This document shows, piece after piece, positions 1 to 10,034 of a DNA stretch of 64,000 bases. This stretch comes from an uncultured Candidatus Saccharibacteria bacterium (lineage in GTDB: Bacteria > Patescibacteriota > Minisyncoccia > Phycocordibacterales > UBA9973): assembly GCA_964362545.1 (NCBI GenBank), contig CAYIEM010000001.1, positions 17,424-81,423 on the forward strand, read 5' to 3'. How positions within the stretch are numbered: the first letter of the stretch is position 1; each line of letters begins with the position of its first letter. The translations under genes were made by a program, and so were the position numbers. A model generated the notes under the pieces. That model ran no database searches. It saw only the letters and a list, made by a program, of their open reading frames with translations, and was not told where the DNA came from.

Positions 1-528
1 AATGGGACTCAAAGAATACAGGAAGAATTTGCGAAAAAGCTGAGTGATGGTGCCAAACAAATTGGAAAGACCCATTAAAATGGGAGAAAGAAGCATGATT
101 CTAGAAAACAAAATCACTTTGGCCTGCATTACAATATCGAAACCAGGGGTAACGACAGATATCAGATAAGGCATGAAGAGATAAGCGATAGTGGAAATTA
201 ATATCATAGTAATAAAAAAAACAGTAAAGACGTTGTTTAAAAGTTTCCGCGCTTCTTCGGTAACCTGCTCTCTGTTCATCTTTTTCACGATAAAAGGAAT
301 AAGCACCGTGATGGAAGCCAGAGAAGCGATAGAAATAAAAATAAAATCTGGCACCCGGAAAGCGGCGTAATAGGCATCGAGCGAGGATGACGGCCCTATG
401 AAATGTGCGATAAATCTGTCTCGAAAAAGCGCCAAAATCTGGGAAAGAAAAGTGAAAGAACCGAGGAGAAGCGCAGCCTGGTTTATATTCACATATTCCT
501 TACTGAAGATTCTAAAGATTTTCTGCAT
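1..528 (-). CDS. murJ: Lipid II flippase MurJ/MviN, 5' part (runs off the window; not in ORF track)
   Basis: Manual translation from ATG at 528: MQKIFRIFSKEYVNINQAALLLGSFTFLSQILALFRDRFIAHFIGPSSSLDAYYAAFRVPDFIF, the MurJ N-terminal signature (RD...DAY..AF..P). Confidence 0.9.
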   Translation of the reverse strand, partial: MQKIFRIFSKEYVNINQAALLLGSFTFLSQILALFRDRFIAHFIGPSSSLDAYYAAFRVPDFIFISIASLASITVLIPFIVKKMNREQVTEEARKLLNNVFTVFFITMILISTIAYLFMPYLISVVTPGFDIVMQAKVILFSRIMLLSPILMGLSNLFGTITQLFRKFFLYSLSPI

Positions 529-530
529 TT

Positions 531-3524
531 TTACTCAGATAATATATTGATAAGTCGGTTTTTCACGTAAATCACCTTTTTTATATTTTTGCCGATGTAT
601 TTTAAGACATTCTTGTCGGTCATGGCCTTGGCCTTCACATCATCCTCTCCATCACTATCTTCTATCATAACCTCAGCTCGCCATTTGCCATTTATTTGGA
701 CTACGATTTTGATTTCGTCATCTCTTATCAAACTCTCGTCCCACTTCGGCCACTTTGAAAAATGAACGCTTTTCTTCTCTCCTAAGTCGAACCATAAATA
801 TTCAGCCACATGCGGAGCAAACGGAGTTAATATCTGTAAAAATTTCTTGTAATCTTTCGCGTCTATGTTTTCTGCTTTTTCCATTTCCGTGGCAAGTATC
901 ATCATTGCGGAGATAGCTGTATTGAAACGCATGTTTTCTATGTCCTCTGAAACTTTCTTGATGGTTTTGTGTAGAAGTTTTGGAAGAAGAACAGGCAAAG
1001 GATTTTTAAGAGTCGTGGGTCCCCTGTCCTCATGACTCCGAGGGCGAAGACTCGGAAAATCCTTTGCCTGTTCTTCTTTTACTTTGTGCCTAATCCTCCA
1101 AACCTTTTCCACAAACCTTCTTGAGCCAATGATGCTCTCCGTGCTCCATGCTACCGATTCATCAAAGGGCCCCATAAACATTTCATAAATACGTAAAGTG
1201 TCCGCGCCATAAATCCTGACAATATCGTCCGGATTTATCACGTTGCCCAGAGACTTCGACATCTTTACCCCACCTTCTCCTAAGATCATTCCATGAGAAG
1301 TCCTCTTTTGGTATGGCTCTTTCGTCGGCACCAGCTTCAAATCATATAAAAATTTATGCCAGAAACGTGAATATAAAAGGTGTAGCGTCGTATGCTCCAT
1401 ACCTCCGTTGTACCAATCGACTCCACCTGTGCCACCTTCGCTGTGCTTCGGCGAGCCAAGCCAATATTTCAAATTTTTCTTGCTTGCAAACTCTCTGTTG
1501 TTTCTTGGATCCGTGTACCGTAAGTAGTACCAAGAACTTCCCGCCCAGTTGGGCATTGTATCCGTCTCTCTTTTAGCAGGGCCTTTGCACTTCGGACATT
1601 TGATGTTGACCCATTTCGTAATCGCAGCGAGCGGAGATTCTCCATTGTCTGTAGGTTTATAATTTTTCACTTCCGGCAGTTTTACCGGCAGATCTTTTTC
1701 CGGCACCGGTATCCAACCAGCATTCAACTTGGTAGTCGGAGTACCAAATTTGGTACTCCGACTACCAAGTGAGTCTTTCTTCGCGCAATTCTCGCAAAAA
1801 ATTAAAGGTATCGGCTCACCCCAGTATCTTTGCCTTGAAAAAACCCAGTCGCGGAGCTTGAATTTCGTGACAACTTTCCCACCGACAAACTCGGTGATTT
1901 TTTTCTTAGCTTCTGCAGAATATAGACCGTCAAACCTACCAGAATTTGCTAAAATTCCTTCGCCAGCGTAAATACTTCTCTTCCCCTGGAACGTCTCCCA
2001 GTCGCGAAGAGCAGCTTCGTTCAAAATCTTAGATATCTCTTCGGGAGTAAGCCACCTTGGTTCGTGCTTCTCTTTCTCTTCTTCGGATAGTTCCACACGT
2101 TCTCCGTTCTTCAGCTCAAAATATAGATGAGTAAAATGGACAAAACGATTTTCTTTTTTCAGAATATGATAAAACTTCTCGTGAGAACGACATAGTTCCT
2201 TCACAAGTACTGGGTTTAAATATCCGGTTTCCTCCTTTATTTCCCTGATCGCGGATTGTATGGGATCTTCCCCCGCTTCAATTCCGCCGGTTACAAATGT
2301 AATCCAATTTCCCTTCTTCCAAAACAAGATCAGGTATTTCGCCTCCGACCAATGCTTAACGATTGCATGTATGGCATTTCTCTCGACAAAAGGCAATCCT
2401 TCTTTTGGCCTATCGGTCTCACTAATATAGAACGGCTCAATAACTTCCTTTATCGTCAAATCGTATTTCCTCGCAAACTCATTATCTCTCCCATCATGCG
2501 CGGGAACAGCCATTAATGCACCCGTGCCATAATCTGCCAAAACATAATCGGAAACCCAAACAGATATCTCCTCATTGTTTGCCGGATTGATTGCTTTAAT
2601 TCCTTTCAGCTCCACTCCTGTTTTCTCTTTTTTGTCATCTGTCCTGTCAATCTCTGTTTTTCCCTTCGATTTTTTTACATATTCCGAAACTTCGTTCCAG
2701 TTGGTAATTTGTGATTTTAAATTTCCAACCATAGAATGTTCCGGCGCTAGTACCAAATACGTCGCTCCGAAAAGCGTATCTGCTCGGGTAGTAAAAACTT
2801 TGATTCGCAACTCTTGATCTTTAATTGCAAACTCGATTTCACTCCCTTCAGACTTCCCTATCCAATTCCTCTGCTGAATTTTTATTTTTTCCAAATAATT
2901 AACATCATCCAAGTCCTTATGAAGCCTGTCCGCGTATTTAGTGATCGCCAGCATCCATTGCTCTTTTTCACGCTTTTCCGTATCGCCACCACAACGTTCA
3001 CACTTGCCGTTCACAACTTCTTCGTTTGCGAGCCCTATCTTACAAGAAAGGCACCAATTTATATAAGACCTGGCCTTGTACGCCAATCTTTTTTTAAAAA
3101 ATTGCAAAAAAATCCATTGAGTCCATTTGTAATACTTTGGATCGGTAGTATTTATCTCTCGCGACCAATCAAAAGAAAAACCAAGCGCTTTAAGCTGTCT
3201 TCTGAACGTATCAGTGTTTTTTTTAGTAACGACACTGGGTTTCTTGCCGGTTTTTATAGCATAGTTCTCAGTAGGAAGACCGAAGGCATCCCAGCCGATC
3301 GGATACAATACATTATAACCCTCCATTCGGCGCTTGCGAGAAATGATATCCATGGCAGTGTTGCTCCTGATATGTCCAACATGCATTCCATCGCCAGAAG
3401 GGTACGGAAATTCAATTAGAGAATAAAATTCCTTGCCTTTGCCATTCTTCGCTTGATAAATTTTTTTCTTTTCCCATTCTTTTTGAATATTTTTTTCGAT
3501 TCTAGCGTGATTATATTCTTTCAT
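531..3524 (-). CDS. leuS: Leucine--tRNA ligase with an inserted Nudix domain
   Basis: FPYPSG, HVGH (HIGH), GWDAFGLP, DWVFSRQRYWGEPIP, KMSKS; internal Nudix box GGIEAGEDPIQSAIREIKEETG. Confidence 0.97.
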   Translation of the reverse strand: MKEYNHARIEKNIQKEWEKKKIYQAKNGKGKEFYSLIEFPYPSGDGMHVGHIRSNTAMDIISRKRRMEGYNVLYPIGWDAFGLPTENYAIKTGKKPSVVTKKNTDTFRRQLKALGFSFDWSREINTTDPKYYKWTQWIFLQFFKKRLAYKARSYINWCLSCKIGLANEEVVNGKCERCGGDTEKREKEQWMLAITKYADRLHKDLDDVNYLEKIKIQQRNWIGKSEGSEIEFAIKDQELRIKVFTTRADTLFGATYLVLAPEHSMVGNLKSQITNWNEVSEYVKKSKGKTEIDRTDDKKEKTGVELKGIKAINPANNEEISVWVSDYVLADYGTGALMAVPAHDGRDNEFARKYDLTIKEVIEPFYISETDRPKEGLPFVERNAIHAIVKHWSEAKYLILFWKKGNWITFVTGGIEAGEDPIQSAIREIKEETGYLNPVLVKELCRSHEKFYHILKKENRFVHFTHLYFELKNGERVELSEEEKEKHEPRWLTPEEISKILNEAALRDWETFQGKRSIYAGEGILANSGRFDGLYSAEAKKKITEFVGGKVVTKFKLRDWVFSRQRYWGEPIPLIFCENCAKKDSLGSRSTKFGTPTTKLNAGWIPVPEKDLPVKLPEVKNYKPTDNGESPLAAITKWVNIKCPKCKGPAKRETDTMPNWAGSSWYYLRYTDPRNNREFASKKNLKYWLGSPKHSEGGTGGVDWYNGGMEHTTLHLLYSRFWHKFLYDLKLVPTKEPYQKRTSHGMILGEGGVKMSKSLGNVINPDDIVRIYGADTLRIYEMFMGPFDESVAWSTESIIGSRRFVEKVWRIRHKVKEEQAKDFPSLRPRSHEDRGPTTLKNPLPVLLPKLLHKTIKKVSEDIENMRFNTAISAMMILATEMEKAENIDAKDYKKFLQILTPFAPHVAEYLWFDLGEKKSVHFSKWPKWDESLIRDDEIKIVVQINGKWRAEVMIEDSDGEDDVKAKAMTDKNVLKYIGKNIKKVIYVKNRLINILSE
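984..1078. repeat. In-frame hairpin element in leuS with perfect 23-bp inverted repeats
   Basis: aagaagaacaggcaaaggatttt (984-1006) and aaaatcctttgcctgttcttctt (1056-1078). Confidence 0.9.
1432..1456. repeat. Short dispersed repeat in-frame in leuS (encodes SPKHSEGG)
   Basis: ccaccttcgctgtgcttcggcgagc resembles the reverse complement of 3535-3562. Confidence 0.6.
1727..1770. repeat. Perfect 44-bp palindrome in-frame in leuS
   Basis: acttggtagtcggagtaccaaa|tttggtactccgactaccaagt. Confidence 0.95.
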
Positions 3525-3534
3525 TTTTTTACTT

Positions 3535-3562
3535 GCCCGTCCGAAGCTTAAGCGAAGGCGGG
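3535..3562. repeat. Intergenic GC-rich imperfect palindromic repeat
   Basis: gcccgtccgaagcttaagcgaaggcggg; related copy inside leuS at 1432. Confidence 0.65.
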
Positions 3563-3596
3563 TGGTCGTAATTTTTCATAAATTAACCTCTTGTTT

Positions 3597-4646
3597 TCAC
3601 ATTGTTGGTTTCGAAAATGGCGGATATAGGTCTTTATCTATTATTCTCTCAAAGCAAGTCCTGCCTGTCTCGTGTTCCCAGGATTCGTTTATCCCGCCAC
3701 CTGGATAAGGATAAGAAGTCGCGATATCCCTTCCGCCGTAATCCATCATTGGTACAACTCCGCCGCCTTTATATTCTATCCATCCTTTCGGTATCGGTAG
3801 AGCAAAAGTCGCGCAAAGCTCAAACTTTAATTTGTCCTTTACCGCATATTCGTAAGTTTTTCCTTTTTCAAATTCTGGATCAATCGGCAGAGAGTATCCT
3901 GTAAGCGGGTTAGCCAAGTCGGACAATTTTTCCGGAAGTTTTTCCTTTAATTGCCAATAATTTATCACTTGATATTGAATGCCCTGCAGATCTCCCACTC
4001 TCCTGTCGTCAAACCTTAGCAACCTTTGCTTCGCAGGACTTCCCATGACTAGAAAACTACAGGAAATAGCCACGACTACGAATGCAATCCCCAATACACC
4101 TAAGATTAGACTGGCTTTAGACGAAACATCTTTCCCTTTAAGCACAAATATATGATAAATACCAATCAAAGCTACAACCGCAAGCACAACTATTACTTTC
4201 AAAATGAATCGCGTGGTCACCTCGCCGGAAACAAAGTACTTTATCAAGGCGACCAAGTCTACCATGGTCACGATGGCAGACAGAAATAATATGATATATA
4301 CTATCCATTTTTTTATAACTTCATCTACGGAACCCATCATTCCTCTGGCAAACTTCCTCCAGAAACGAGAAACAATCAAATAGACAGGGAAAAATATAAT
4401 GAGTGTGGCTAGAGCCATGCGGATACTCTCGTATTCATAGGTGGAGTACCCATACTGATAACTCGCATTTAAAACGTCCGGGAACTTCTTATTTAAGGTC
4501 TCGAAAACTAAGTTAAGGAAAGAAGTGACAGAAGTTATTAATGTTATTAATAATCCTAGAGACAAGAAAAAGAAACCTGCACTCATTCCTCGCCTACCGG
4601 TAGGTAGGTTAGGCTTATCCACTTGCAAATTTTGTTGTGTTTCCAT
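3597..4646 (-). CDS. Multi-pass membrane protein, DUF5671-like
   Basis: About 5 TM segments followed by GSPAKQRLLRFDDRRVGDL and a pilin-like soluble tail (YEY...FELCATF). Confidence 0.75.
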   Translation of the reverse strand: METQQNLQVDKPNLPTGRRGMSAGFFFLSLGLLITLITSVTSFLNLVFETLNKKFPDVLNASYQYGYSTYEYESIRMALATLIIFFPVYLIVSRFWRKFARGMMGSVDEVIKKWIVYIILFLSAIVTMVDLVALIKYFVSGEVTTRFILKVIVVLAVVALIGIYHIFVLKGKDVSSKASLILGVLGIAFVVVAISCSFLVMGSPAKQRLLRFDDRRVGDLQGIQYQVINYWQLKEKLPEKLSDLANPLTGYSLPIDPEFEKGKTYEYAVKDKLKFELCATFALPIPKGWIEYKGGGVVPMMDYGGRDIATSYPYPGGGINESWEHETGRTCFERIIDKDLYPPFSKPTM

Positions 4647-4683
4647 ATTTTATAGTATATCATATCTCCGTAATATAATTAAT

Positions 4684-5034
4684 ATGAGAAAAAAGTTTGA
4701 GAACTTTTCAAAGAAACTAACTCACTGGATTGGCTCGCCCCAATCTATTATTTTACATACTATTTTTTTTGTGGGAATATTTTTTTTGAGATTTTTTAAT
4801 TTCTCTTCTTCCGATGTTCTTCTGATTTTAACCACAATAGTTTCGCTCGAAGCTATATATCTTTCTATTTTTATACAAATGACTGTAAACAGGCATACAG
4901 AGGAGCTCGAAGAGGTATCCGAAGATGTGGAGGAAATACAAAAAGATGTCGACGAGATTCAGGAAGACGTCGAGGACATAGTAGAAGACATGGAAGAAGA
5001 AGACAGGACGAGGGTCATAGAGGATGCCAGATAG
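4684..5034 (+). CDS. Small membrane protein with acidic coiled-coil tail (DUF1003-like)
   Basis: MRKKFENFSKKLTHWIGS..., LTTIVSLEAIYLSIFIQM motif, EDVEEIQKDV repeats; ATG at 4684 preferred over the ORF-track start. Confidence 0.7.
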   Translation: MRKKFENFSKKLTHWIGSPQSIILHTIFFVGIFFLRFFNFSSSDVLLILTTIVSLEAIYLSIFIQMTVNRHTEELEEVSEDVEEIQKDVDEIQEDVEDIVEDMEEEDRTRVIEDAR

Positions 5035-5944
5035 CAGTGCTCGCTAGCGATATAAAACGATCTTTCGATTTTTCTTTCAGACAAAGTTCTCCTTGTTTTG
5101 TTTCTCCCCCAAAGTCTTTCATCGTCTCCTCTAACGCATATCCTAGGGAGAGTGGAGAAAAATCTACAGCATAAGAAGTCAAAATAACAAAAAGGGGCTT
5201 ATCGCTTAAAACCCTTCGCATACTCGCGAGAAGTTTCGATAAATCTTTTTCTATTTCCCAAGTTTCCCCTTTTGGTCCGCGACCGAATTTAGGCGGATCC
5301 ATGATAACAGCGTCGTATCTGTTTCCCCTTTTCACCTCCCTCTCTAAAAATTTCACAGTGTCATCTAAAATAATCCGAAGTGGCATTTTATCTAATCCAG
5401 TATCTGTATTGAGTTTCTGATTTTGTTTTACCCATTCGAGTGTTTGTTTTGATGCATCCACGTGCGTTACTTCGGCGCCTGCTTTAAGCGCAAACAAACT
5501 AGCCACACCAGTATATCCGAATAAATTTAAAAACTTAATTTTTCTTTTTTGCGGAAGTCCGACTTCCACAAATTTTAACTTCTCTTCAATAAAATCCCAA
5601 TGGCTGGCCTGTTCCGGAAAGAAGCCCAAATGACGAAAAGGTGTGGGAGAAGCTAAAAATTTGATACCCTTATATGACATTCCCCATTTTGAACCAATGT
5701 CAAAGGCTACCTTTGACATTTTCCAACCGGACTTAGCGCCTTCTTTTGAGCTCCAAAATTTGCCATTAGCTTTAGCCCAAGTTTTTTGCACTTCCGGCGT
5801 CAGTGCCTTCGGCCAAACAGCATCTTCGTAAGGCCGCACGAAAATAAAAGGACCGAACCTCTCCAGCTTCTCTCCATCGCCCGTATCTAAAAGTTCATAA
5901 TCTTTCCAATCTTCCGAACAAAAAATTTCTATTTTATTTTTCAT
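5015..5944 (-). CDS. Class I SAM-dependent methyltransferase (RlmI/RlmK-like)
   Basis: LNLFGYTG, VDAS, DPPKFGRG. Confidence 0.88.
   Translation of the reverse strand: MKNKIEIFCSEDWKDYELLDTGDGEKLERFGPFIFVRPYEDAVWPKALTPEVQKTWAKANGKFWSSKEGAKSGWKMSKVAFDIGSKWGMSYKGIKFLASPTPFRHLGFFPEQASHWDFIEEKLKFVEVGLPQKRKIKFLNLFGYTGVASLFALKAGAEVTHVDASKQTLEWVKQNQKLNTDTGLDKMPLRIILDDTVKFLEREVKRGNRYDAVIMDPPKFGRGPKGETWEIEKDLSKLLASMRRVLSDKPLFVILTSYAVDFSPLSLGYALEETMKDFGGETKQGELCLKEKSKDRFISLASTAIWHPL
5553..5567. repeat. REP-like palindrome in-frame in the methyltransferase
   Basis: ggaagtccgacttcc, extends imperfectly over 5550-5570; encodes VEVGLP. Confidence 0.6.
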
Positions 5945-5954
5945 ATTTTTAATA

Positions 5955-6944
5955 CTATATCAAAAATTCTACGACATCTCCGTCTTTCACGATGTATTCT
6001 TTTCCCTCTGTTCGCACTTTTCCTTTTGCTCTGGCGTTTGCGTATGACCCGGCATCCAGCAACTCCTGCCAATTTATGACCTCCGCACGAATAAATTTCT
6101 CTTTGAAATCTGTATGTATCGCCATACCGGCTACGGGCGCTGTAGAGCCTATTTTTATAGTCCAGGCTCTAGTTTCATCCTCGCCAGTTGTAAAAAAGGT
6201 CTCAAGGCCAAGTAGAGCATAACTTTGTTTTATCAACTCATCAAATCCTTTTTCGAAAACTGGATCTATTTTTACTGAAAGACCAGGCAACTCTACTTCC
6301 GCGTTTTCACTCGCCTCTGAAATATTCAAGACATAAAGCATGGGTTTTAAGGTAAGTAAGTTCAAAGATTTTATTTTTAATTTTTCTTCTTCATGCAAGT
6401 TCGCTTCAGCAGCCATTTTCCCATCGCTTAAAACTTTCTCTATTTTTTTTAAAATACCTTCTTCGAAAATCGCTTCCTTGTCTCCTTTCTTTAAATCTTT
6501 CCCTAAGTTTATAATTCTTTTTGAAACTATTTCCAAATCGGCCAAGGCAAGCTCCAGATTTATTACTCCGATATCCTGCATCGGATCTACCTTATTCGCT
6601 ACATGGATCACAGAATTATCTTTAAAGACTCTTACAACATGAGCTATCGCATCTACTCCGCGGATGTTGGTAAGAAATTTATTGCCCAAACCCTCTCCCT
6701 TTGATGCTCCAGCTACAAGCCCGGCAATGTCTACGAACTCTATGACCGCGGGGATGGTTTTTGCTGATTTTGAAAAATCGGAAAGTTTTTCCACTCTCTC
6801 GTCTGGCACAGGTACAATACCAACCGACGGGTCAATGGTGCAAAAAGGATAATTTTCCGCCGGCACGCTTTTCTTTGTGAGTGCATTAAAGAGAGTGGAC
6901 TTACCTACATTTGGCAGACCGACGATGCCGATAGATAATGACAT
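5955..6944 (-). CDS. ychF: Redox-regulated ATPase YchF
   Basis: GIVGLPNVGKST, NYPFCTIDP, DIAGLV, C-terminal TGS domain (GKEYIVKDGD). Confidence 0.95.
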   Translation of the reverse strand: MSLSIGIVGLPNVGKSTLFNALTKKSVPAENYPFCTIDPSVGIVPVPDERVEKLSDFSKSAKTIPAVIEFVDIAGLVAGASKGEGLGNKFLTNIRGVDAIAHVVRVFKDNSVIHVANKVDPMQDIGVINLELALADLEIVSKRIINLGKDLKKGDKEAIFEEGILKKIEKVLSDGKMAAEANLHEEEKLKIKSLNLLTLKPMLYVLNISEASENAEVELPGLSVKIDPVFEKGFDELIKQSYALLGLETFFTTGEDETRAWTIKIGSTAPVAGMAIHTDFKEKFIRAEVINWQELLDAGSYANARAKGKVRTEGKEYIVKDGDVVEFLI

Positions 6945-6980
6945 ACTTAAAATATAACAGACTTATGGTAAACTAATCAA

Positions 6981-7841
6981 ATGCTTTCGCTTTATGTCGC
7001 CGCTTGGATTGCTTCCATTTCTTCTGGGTTTGAAGCAATTGTTGGTAAAATAATCAGCAAACATAGCGTCTCAAACCCGTGGCTTTTTAATTTCTTCTGG
7101 AGTTTTTTTGTTCTAATTGGAATTACTATATCGGGTTTTTGGTTCGGACTTGGTATTCCAGAAAAATGGACTTACATAATTTTTGGGTCTTTGATGTATG
7201 CTCTCGTCAAAATCTCTTTCACCTTAGCACTTTACAAAATTGATGTTTCAGTAATGGGTCCAATGTTTGCGCTACGTACTGTCATGGCTGTGTTAATCGG
7301 ATCTATTTTCCTCGGTGAAATACTTACGCCATACCAATACTTACTTATAGGAATAGTTTTTCTAGCTGGGATATTTGTCAGTCTAGATGAAAGATTGAAC
7401 TTGAAATCGTTTTTCAATAAGTGGATAGGTGTATTGCTTATTTGTATGCTTTGTCTTGTATTTTTGGCTATGTTTATTAAAAAATCTTCAACCGTAAACG
7501 ATTTTTGGGATACTATTGTTTGGGTCGCTCTCCTGGGTCAGATTTGGCTTCTTTTTACTGTGAAATTTTTCAAAAAAGATTTAATCCTGACCACTCCACA
7601 ACAATACGGCTATATCGGAGTCATGGCTCTCATAGGAACAATTACTAGTATTTTCGCTAACTTTGCATACTCTAAAAATATCAGCTTATCGGCAGTAATA
7701 ATCTCTCTCCCCATTTCTATGGTTTTAGCCTTCCTTCTTTCCAGATTTGTGCCAGAGCTCCTCGAAAAACATACCCTCAGAATTTATGCGATCAGGTTTG
7801 TAGCGGCTGCTGTGATGATAACAGTAGCGTTGAATTTATAG
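6981..7841 (+). CDS. EamA/DMT-family transporter
   Basis: About 10 TM helices in two repeats; FLGE motif. Confidence 0.8.
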   Translation: MLSLYVAAWIASISSGFEAIVGKIISKHSVSNPWLFNFFWSFFVLIGITISGFWFGLGIPEKWTYIIFGSLMYALVKISFTLALYKIDVSVMGPMFALRTVMAVLIGSIFLGEILTPYQYLLIGIVFLAGIFVSLDERLNLKSFFNKWIGVLLICMLCLVFLAMFIKKSSTVNDFWDTIVWVALLGQIWLLFTVKFFKKDLILTTPQQYGYIGVMALIGTITSIFANFAYSKNISLSAVIISLPISMVLAFLLSRFVPELLEKHTLRIYAIRFVAAAVMITVALNL

Positions 7842-7856
7842 CTCAAGAATATGAAT

Positions 7857-8072
7857 CTACACTAGTTTTTTCAACTCTTCTTCGTATTTTTTCATCACTT
7901 CCATTCCGGCCGTATCTTGATCCATTCCACTTTTTACTTTTGCTTGTATTTCTTCTGCGATAGTTTTGAAAAGCTCCGGATTTTTCTCCATCATCTTTAT
8001 AAACATATCAATCTGCGCTTCCGGCACACTCTGTTTGGCAAGCATCTTTTTTAATAAATAATTTTTAAACAT
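7857..8072 (-). CDS. Small hypothetical protein (71 aa)
   Basis: MFKNYLLKKMLAKQSVPEAQID...; TGCTATACT lies 6 nt before ATG 8072. Confidence 0.7.
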   Translation of the reverse strand: MFKNYLLKKMLAKQSVPEAQIDMFIKMMEKNPELFKTIAEEIQAKVKSGMDQDTAGMEVMKKYEEELKKLV

Positions 8073-8094
8073 AAAACCAGTATAGCATAAATTT

Positions 8095-8937
8095 TTATTC
8101 CAATATCTCAAAATCACTTCCTGGACTTTCTCCTCGGGGTTGTTGCCTGTTGCGGTAACGAATGTAGTATGCTGCGCCTGCACCGATTCCAGTGAGAACA
8201 ATTAGTCCGACAACGCTAGACCATAGATTATTCGCTGTATCCAAATCGTTCTCGATAACCTCTGCTAATAAATTTTCAGCCGGTATCTCCATTTCTTTTT
8301 TTGGCAATTCTTCTATTGGTAAAACTTGCTTTTCTTTTTTGATAGAAACTTGAACATCTTTCTTTGGAGCATCCACAGTTTTGGGTATTTTTATTGAAGC
8401 AGGGCTCGGAGTTGGAGTTTTAATCGGTTCGATAATTTTATTCTCCATCCCTGGAGTAGGCGAAGCGGCAACCCAAAAATTTACTTTTCTTTGTAGAGAT
8501 TTACCATCTCCTTTAGCCCCCAAGGAAGAATTGTAAACATATTGATCAATAATATTTAAATCTTTGTCTTTGAGCGCCAAAGTTTCCCCACTATTGCCTA
8601 ACGAGAAAGTCGAATCGAAGATAGTTCCAGAAAAACTAGGCCAATCTGCCCTAAATTTAACCGGATTAGAAGCAATCACCGCATAGCTCTGCGCCTCGAT
8701 ATTTTGATTTCCCTGAAACAAAATGAGTTTGTGATTCGTGTCCGCTTCAAAAAATCTATAAGATGCTAAGTCCACTGACACATTCCCATTATTGAATATT
8801 TCGATCCACTCTCTACCATCGTCGGTACCTGTCTTTAGATCATACATTACTTCGTTTATCAAGAGTTCGGCCTGCGCTAGATTGAAAGAAAAAAATGCAA
8901 TAAGTCCTAAATGAAATAAAATTGTTTTCCTAAACAT
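8095..8937 (-). CDS. Secreted/membrane-anchored lamin-tail-domain protein
   Basis: Signal peptide, INEVMYD...EWIEIFN, PTPG, C-terminal TM. Confidence 0.8.
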   Translation of the reverse strand: MFRKTILFHLGLIAFFSFNLAQAELLINEVMYDLKTGTDDGREWIEIFNNGNVSVDLASYRFFEADTNHKLILFQGNQNIEAQSYAVIASNPVKFRADWPSFSGTIFDSTFSLGNSGETLALKDKDLNIIDQYVYNSSLGAKGDGKSLQRKVNFWVAASPTPGMENKIIEPIKTPTPSPASIKIPKTVDAPKKDVQVSIKKEKQVLPIEELPKKEMEIPAENLLAEVIENDLDTANNLWSSVVGLIVLTGIGAGAAYYIRYRNRQQPRGESPGSDFEILE

Positions 8938-8953
8938 ATGCTATAATAATAAC

Positions 8954-9973
8954 ATGAATAAGATAGACTTCTTGGCGATCGGGGACACAGTGATAGACGC
9001 CTTTATTAAGTTGAAAAAAGCCGATATTCTAGGTGAACCGGACAAGCCAGGATACGAGATTGCTCTGCCTTTCGGAGAAAAAGTGGAATATGAGGACGTT
9101 TTCGTGATTCCGGCTGTAGGCAATGCGGCGAACGCGGCTATTGCCGCCGCGCGACTTGGGCTATCAACAGCAATCGTTACAAACCTAGGCGATGACCGCG
9201 AGGGAGAAGATTGCCTGAAAGAATTGAAGCGCAGCATGGTCAACACCGAGTTGGTAAAAATTAACAGCGGCAAGAAAACCAATTATCACTATGTGCTGTG
9301 GTATGGCGCGGAACGCACGATTTTAATCAAACACCAAGATTATGACTATACGATGCCCGACGTGGGTTCGCCTTCCTGGCTTTATTTTAGTTCTGTAAAT
9401 GAGACCGCCTTCCCTTTCCATTATGTAATCGCCGATTATTTAGATTCTCATCCGGAAATAAATTTCACATTTCAACCGGGCAAATTTGAAATTAAGCTCG
9501 GATACGAAAAAATGGAACGCTTTTACCGCCGCGCGAAAATCTTTTTCTGCAACGTAGAAGAGGCAGAAAAAATTTTAGGATTGCAGAGTATAGGCGAGAG
9601 GCACGAGAATCCGACAGAGGGCGTAAAAGATTTACTCGCAAAAATGCATGATCGGGGTCCCGAGATAGTCGTTATTACCGACGGGCCGAAAGGCGCTTAT
9701 GCTTTCGACGGCAAAGAATACCTTTTCATGCCGATTTATCCGGATCCTAAACCGCCCTACTCACGTACCGGGGCGGGTGATGCCTTTGCTTCGACGACCA
9801 CCTCGGCACTTGCCTTAGGTAAAACTCTACCTGACGCCTTGGCTTGGGGAGGCATCAACTCCATGGCTGTGGTACAACAAGTGGGCGCCAACGTCGGCCT
9901 CCTCTCTCGTAAAAAGCTGGAAGAATATCTCAAAAACGCGCCGGAGGGTTATAAACCAAAAAAGTTGACTTAG
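8954..9973 (+). CDS. PfkB-family carbohydrate kinase
   Basis: GNAANAAIAAARLG, NVEEA, TGAGDAF. Confidence 0.92.
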   Translation: MNKIDFLAIGDTVIDAFIKLKKADILGEPDKPGYEIALPFGEKVEYEDVFVIPAVGNAANAAIAAARLGLSTAIVTNLGDDREGEDCLKELKRSMVNTELVKINSGKKTNYHYVLWYGAERTILIKHQDYDYTMPDVGSPSWLYFSSVNETAFPFHYVIADYLDSHPEINFTFQPGKFEIKLGYEKMERFYRRAKIFFCNVEEAEKILGLQSIGERHENPTEGVKDLLAKMHDRGPEIVVITDGPKGAYAFDGKEYLFMPIYPDPKPPYSRTGAGDAFASTTTSALALGKTLPDALAWGGINSMAVVQQVGANVGLLSRKKLEEYLKNAPEGYKPKKLT

Positions 9974-10034
9974 ATATACTGAGCGTTGTATTATTAAAGA
10001 GTCGAAATATAAGATTTTAAAATAAACAAATTTT

